In this document: positions 1-1,981 of the stretch, in pieces
Numbering within the stretch: the stretch's first letter is position 1
Layout of the letters: every line of letters begins with the position of its first letter
From: Naegleria gruberi
Lineage: Eukaryota
NCBI GenBank assembly: GCA_000004985.1
Contig: GG739298.1
Direction: 5' to 3' (one strand)
DNA length: 1,981 nt
Made by a program: the position numbers and the translations under genes
Notes under the pieces: generated by a model
Database searches by the model: none
Told to the model about the DNA's origin: nothing
Seen by the model: only the letters and a program-made list of their open reading frames with translations

Positions 1-27
1 TTATTTCTTTCTTTTGTCTTCTATTAA

Positions 28-253
28 TTGAGTGTTTGTTATTTGGAAAATCAATAAATACTTTCTTTCGGATTTGATAATTGTTACTTGTTGTAGTTTT
101 TTGGTAGGACAATAATTTTGTATTGTTATTATTATGAATTAAAAGAATTTCCTGACAATCCAATAATATAAAACAACCATTAAACTTGAATAATAATTTA
201 TCAAAAGTGTTGACCAATGAATGTTTTTGCATTTTCTTTTTGAATGAAATAAC
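28..253. repeat. Copy A of a dispersed repeat family, about 226 bp, nearly full length. It may be truncated or extended at the 5' window edge.
   Basis: Aligns to 1442-1664. Exact blocks include ttgagtgtt, tgttatttggaaa, cggatttgataattgtt, gtattgttattatt, gaatttcctgacaatccaat and atttatcaaaagtgttgaccaatgaatgtttttgcattttctttt. Overall identity is about 85% by eye, with several small indels. Confidence 0.75.
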
Positions 254-1441
254 AAATTGGGAAAAAATCTTAATCCAAAATGCACCATTATTGGTTTTAT
301 GTTATTAAAATGGGTTTACAATATATTTCAATGCAAATTCAATTTTTGTTTTTGTAACCAATTATTAACTGAAACACCAAAAATATAGGCTACAGAATGT
401 TTGGTCTTGGAAATGAAGAAATATTTATCAATCTTTACGATGAAGAGTAAATTTATTAGTCTTTGAAAGTTTATTCAAGTTTGATCTTATTTTTCAAACC
501 ATTCGTGTTTTTCATATGGGTCTGTTTTGATATAATGATTCTTAATAATGGACGCTACTGGTTTGTTAAAAGAGATTAAATTTATAAGAAGGGTAGGGTG
601 ATTTCTAAGAAGAAATTTTAAAGGAGATTTTATTAAATACAAAGAAAGTTACTGGTAATTTTAAACTAAATGGATGAAAAAGTCAATATTAATAATGACC
701 AAGCTAACAAAGGATAAAAACAAATCTCTAATTGATTTTGAAAAAGACACAATTAACCATCCCTTTTTCGTGCCTGATATACTGGTGTTTTGTAATTGGA
801 TTGAAAAATTTGTAAACTGTTAATAAAAAACAAAGAGATATCATCTAAATAAGAAAAATTAACACATCACCTTCATTTTATACACCTTAACTCATTGGTA
901 TTAGTAGTAGCATCTTACAAATATTTTCATCATTTTATAAATATACCAGCATCAAGATCAACAAGATTCTCAAAACATCAATAAATTTCAGTCCTTTTGT
1001 ATCACCCATTAATTTATTGCTAAAATTATTTGCAAACGTTTAAGAATTGAATTTATTGAGTGAAAAAACTTCCAATTAAGTCAGATACATTCAAAAATGT
1101 ACTTTCATACTCTTTAAATATGTAACACTACATTTTTAGAGCCTTACTGAAGAGAGCAGATTTATGAATTTTTATTGATGCATTGAAGGGCGAAGTTGAA
1201 ACTGGAGATTAAGTTTTCATCTACCATCCTTTTGGAAAAGGTTTTGGCATGGTTGTAAAGGGTAGTGTTGAGAAAATTGTAGATCAAAAAGTTACCATTA
1301 AGAAGTTAAATCAAATCATCTTCATACTTTGGATCCTTAAAAAATCATAACCTGACATGGAATGTCCAGAAATTTCAAATTCTAAAAGCTTGTTCTTTCT
1401 ATTTGGCGGTTCAAATGGTGCATAAATATTTTGTAATTTTC

Positions 1442-1664
1442 TTGAGTGTTGTTTGTGTTTGTTATTTGGAAATTTAATAAATATTGTCTTGCGGATTTGA
1501 TAATTGTTTGTATTTTTGTAAGAAAACAATGTTGTATTGTTATTATTGTGAATTAATGGAATTTCCTGACAATCCAATATAAAACCATTAAAGTTAAACT
1601 TGAATAATTTATCAAAAGTGTTGACCAATGAATGTTTTTGCATTTTCTTTTGAAATGAAATAAC
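1442..1664. repeat. Copy B of the same dispersed repeat family, about 223 bp, in direct orientation relative to copy A.
   Basis: Same alignment as copy A. Relative to A it has a 7-bp gtttgtg microduplication near the 5' end (about 1451-1457). It also has a divergent, shorter segment at 1510-1540 and 3-6 bp deletions around 1578-1610. The last 90 bp are nearly identical to A at 160-253. Confidence 0.75.
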
Positions 1665-1689
1665 GATAGAAATATTGGTTCCAAATACC

Positions 1690-1706
1690 TTCCCTTAAAA
1701 AGGGAA
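1690..1706. other. Small perfect hairpin: ttccctt, an aaa loop, then aagggaa (7-bp stem, 3-nt loop), followed by a T-rich run.
   Basis: The reverse complement of ttccctt (1690-1696) is aagggaa (1700-1706). The run tttcttgttttg follows at 1707-1718. Read directly from the sequence; function unknown. Confidence 0.3.
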
Positions 1707-1769
1707 TTTCTTGTTTTGAAGATAACTAACTTTCAACCATATCCCTTTCCTTCACAACTGACAAAGTAT

Positions 1770-1795
1770 GTGTTTGTTATTGGAAAATTAATCTA
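1770..1795. repeat. Short fragment of the same repeat family, matching the 5' end of the element.
   Basis: gtgtttgttatt-ggaaaat-aat at 1770-1795 matches 32-56 of copy A and 1455-1480 of copy B. About 24 of 26 positions match, including an exact 12-mer gtgtttgttatt. Confidence 0.4.
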
Positions 1796-1981
1796 TGCCC
1801 AAGAAAAAAAGCAAACACAATAGTACTTTTCAAATAAAAATTCTTTATTTAAAAGAAATCCTCCAGTGACTTGGTTTGCAAAGTTGCTCCATTGTTTGAA
1901 TTAATCAAAAATAGTAAAGATTTCAATAATTTAACATAAATTAATTGATCTTTTGAATCTTGAATCAATTGAGGAAGAACA

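Noticed and set aside
53-58. aataaa motifs (53-58, 1477-1482, 833-838, 980-985) as polyadenylation signals.
   Set aside because: AATAAA is expected by chance many times in DNA this A+T-rich. There is no upstream coding region to give them meaning.
548-717. Short ATG-initiated frames (548-601, MDATGLLKEIKFIRRVG; about 670-717, MDEKVNINNDQANKG).
   Set aside because: At 15-18 codons each, they are well within chance expectation and have no supporting signals.
1311-1643. 110-aa ORF on the minus strand, the only ORF in the six-frame track.
   Set aside because: About two thirds of it lies inside repeat copy B. The homologous copy A does not maintain the frame. The translation is low-complexity (HNNNNTTLFSYKNTNNY...) and A+T-codon driven, as expected for chance ORFs in A+T-rich non-coding DNA. 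It has no recognisable domain.
28-1664. CRISPR array.
   Set aside because: There are only two full repeat copies, each about 225 bp long and separated by about 1.2 kb. CRISPR repeats are 24-48 bp with spacers of similar size and regular periodicity.
28-1664. Intact LTR retrotransposon.
   Set aside because: The internal 1.2 kb has no gag/pol coding capacity. There is no primer-binding site or polypurine tract adjacent to the repeats, no consistent TG...CA termini, and identity between the copies is only about 85%. At most it is a decayed TRIM, which I list as a low-probability finding.
1670-1690. tRNA-like or SINE head motif (ggttcc near 1677-1682), and C/D-box snoRNA motifs.
   Set aside because: No cloverleaf-compatible pairing and no A-box or B-box consensus appear around ggttccaaa. 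No RUGAUGA...CUGA arrangement with terminal stems was found anywhere in the window.
1-1981. Prokaryotic defence or accessory gene system, or operon.
   Set aside because: Coding density is essentially zero: one low-complexity ORF in 2 kb on either strand. I see no ribosome-binding-site-and-start arrangement ahead of sizeable ORFs and no gene-sized open frames. The composition and dispersed repeats look eukaryotic and non-coding.

Overview
This window reads as non-coding, A+T-rich DNA (roughly 70% A+T by eye), most plausibly eukaryotic intergenic or intronic sequence. It does not look like a gene-dense prokaryotic locus. Over 1,981 bases the six-frame track yields a single ORF of 110 aa. That ORF lies mostly inside a repeat copy and is low-complexity (it contains an NNNNN run), so I do not call it a gene.

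The clearest feature is a dispersed repeat of about 225 bp. Two nearly full-length copies lie in direct orientation, about 85% identical by eye, at 28-253 and 1442-1664. A third short fragment, matching the 5' end of the element, sits at 1770-1795. The element has internal ttgtt/ttgttatt sub-motifs and a weak 10-bp terminal inverted repeat (tttgttattt / aaataacaaa) in copy A. Together these suggest a small non-autonomous element family, MITE- or SINE-like. An old pair of LTRs is an alternative reading.

The 1.2 kb between the copies has no convincing coding capacity. The one exception is a short, slightly GC-richer stretch at about 1183-1350 carrying a 46-codon open frame of unknown meaning.

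I see no rRNA, tRNA, CRISPR array, operon structure or recognisable protein-coding gene. On this evidence I cannot support a new 'system'. The repeat architecture is the only thing here worth follow-up.
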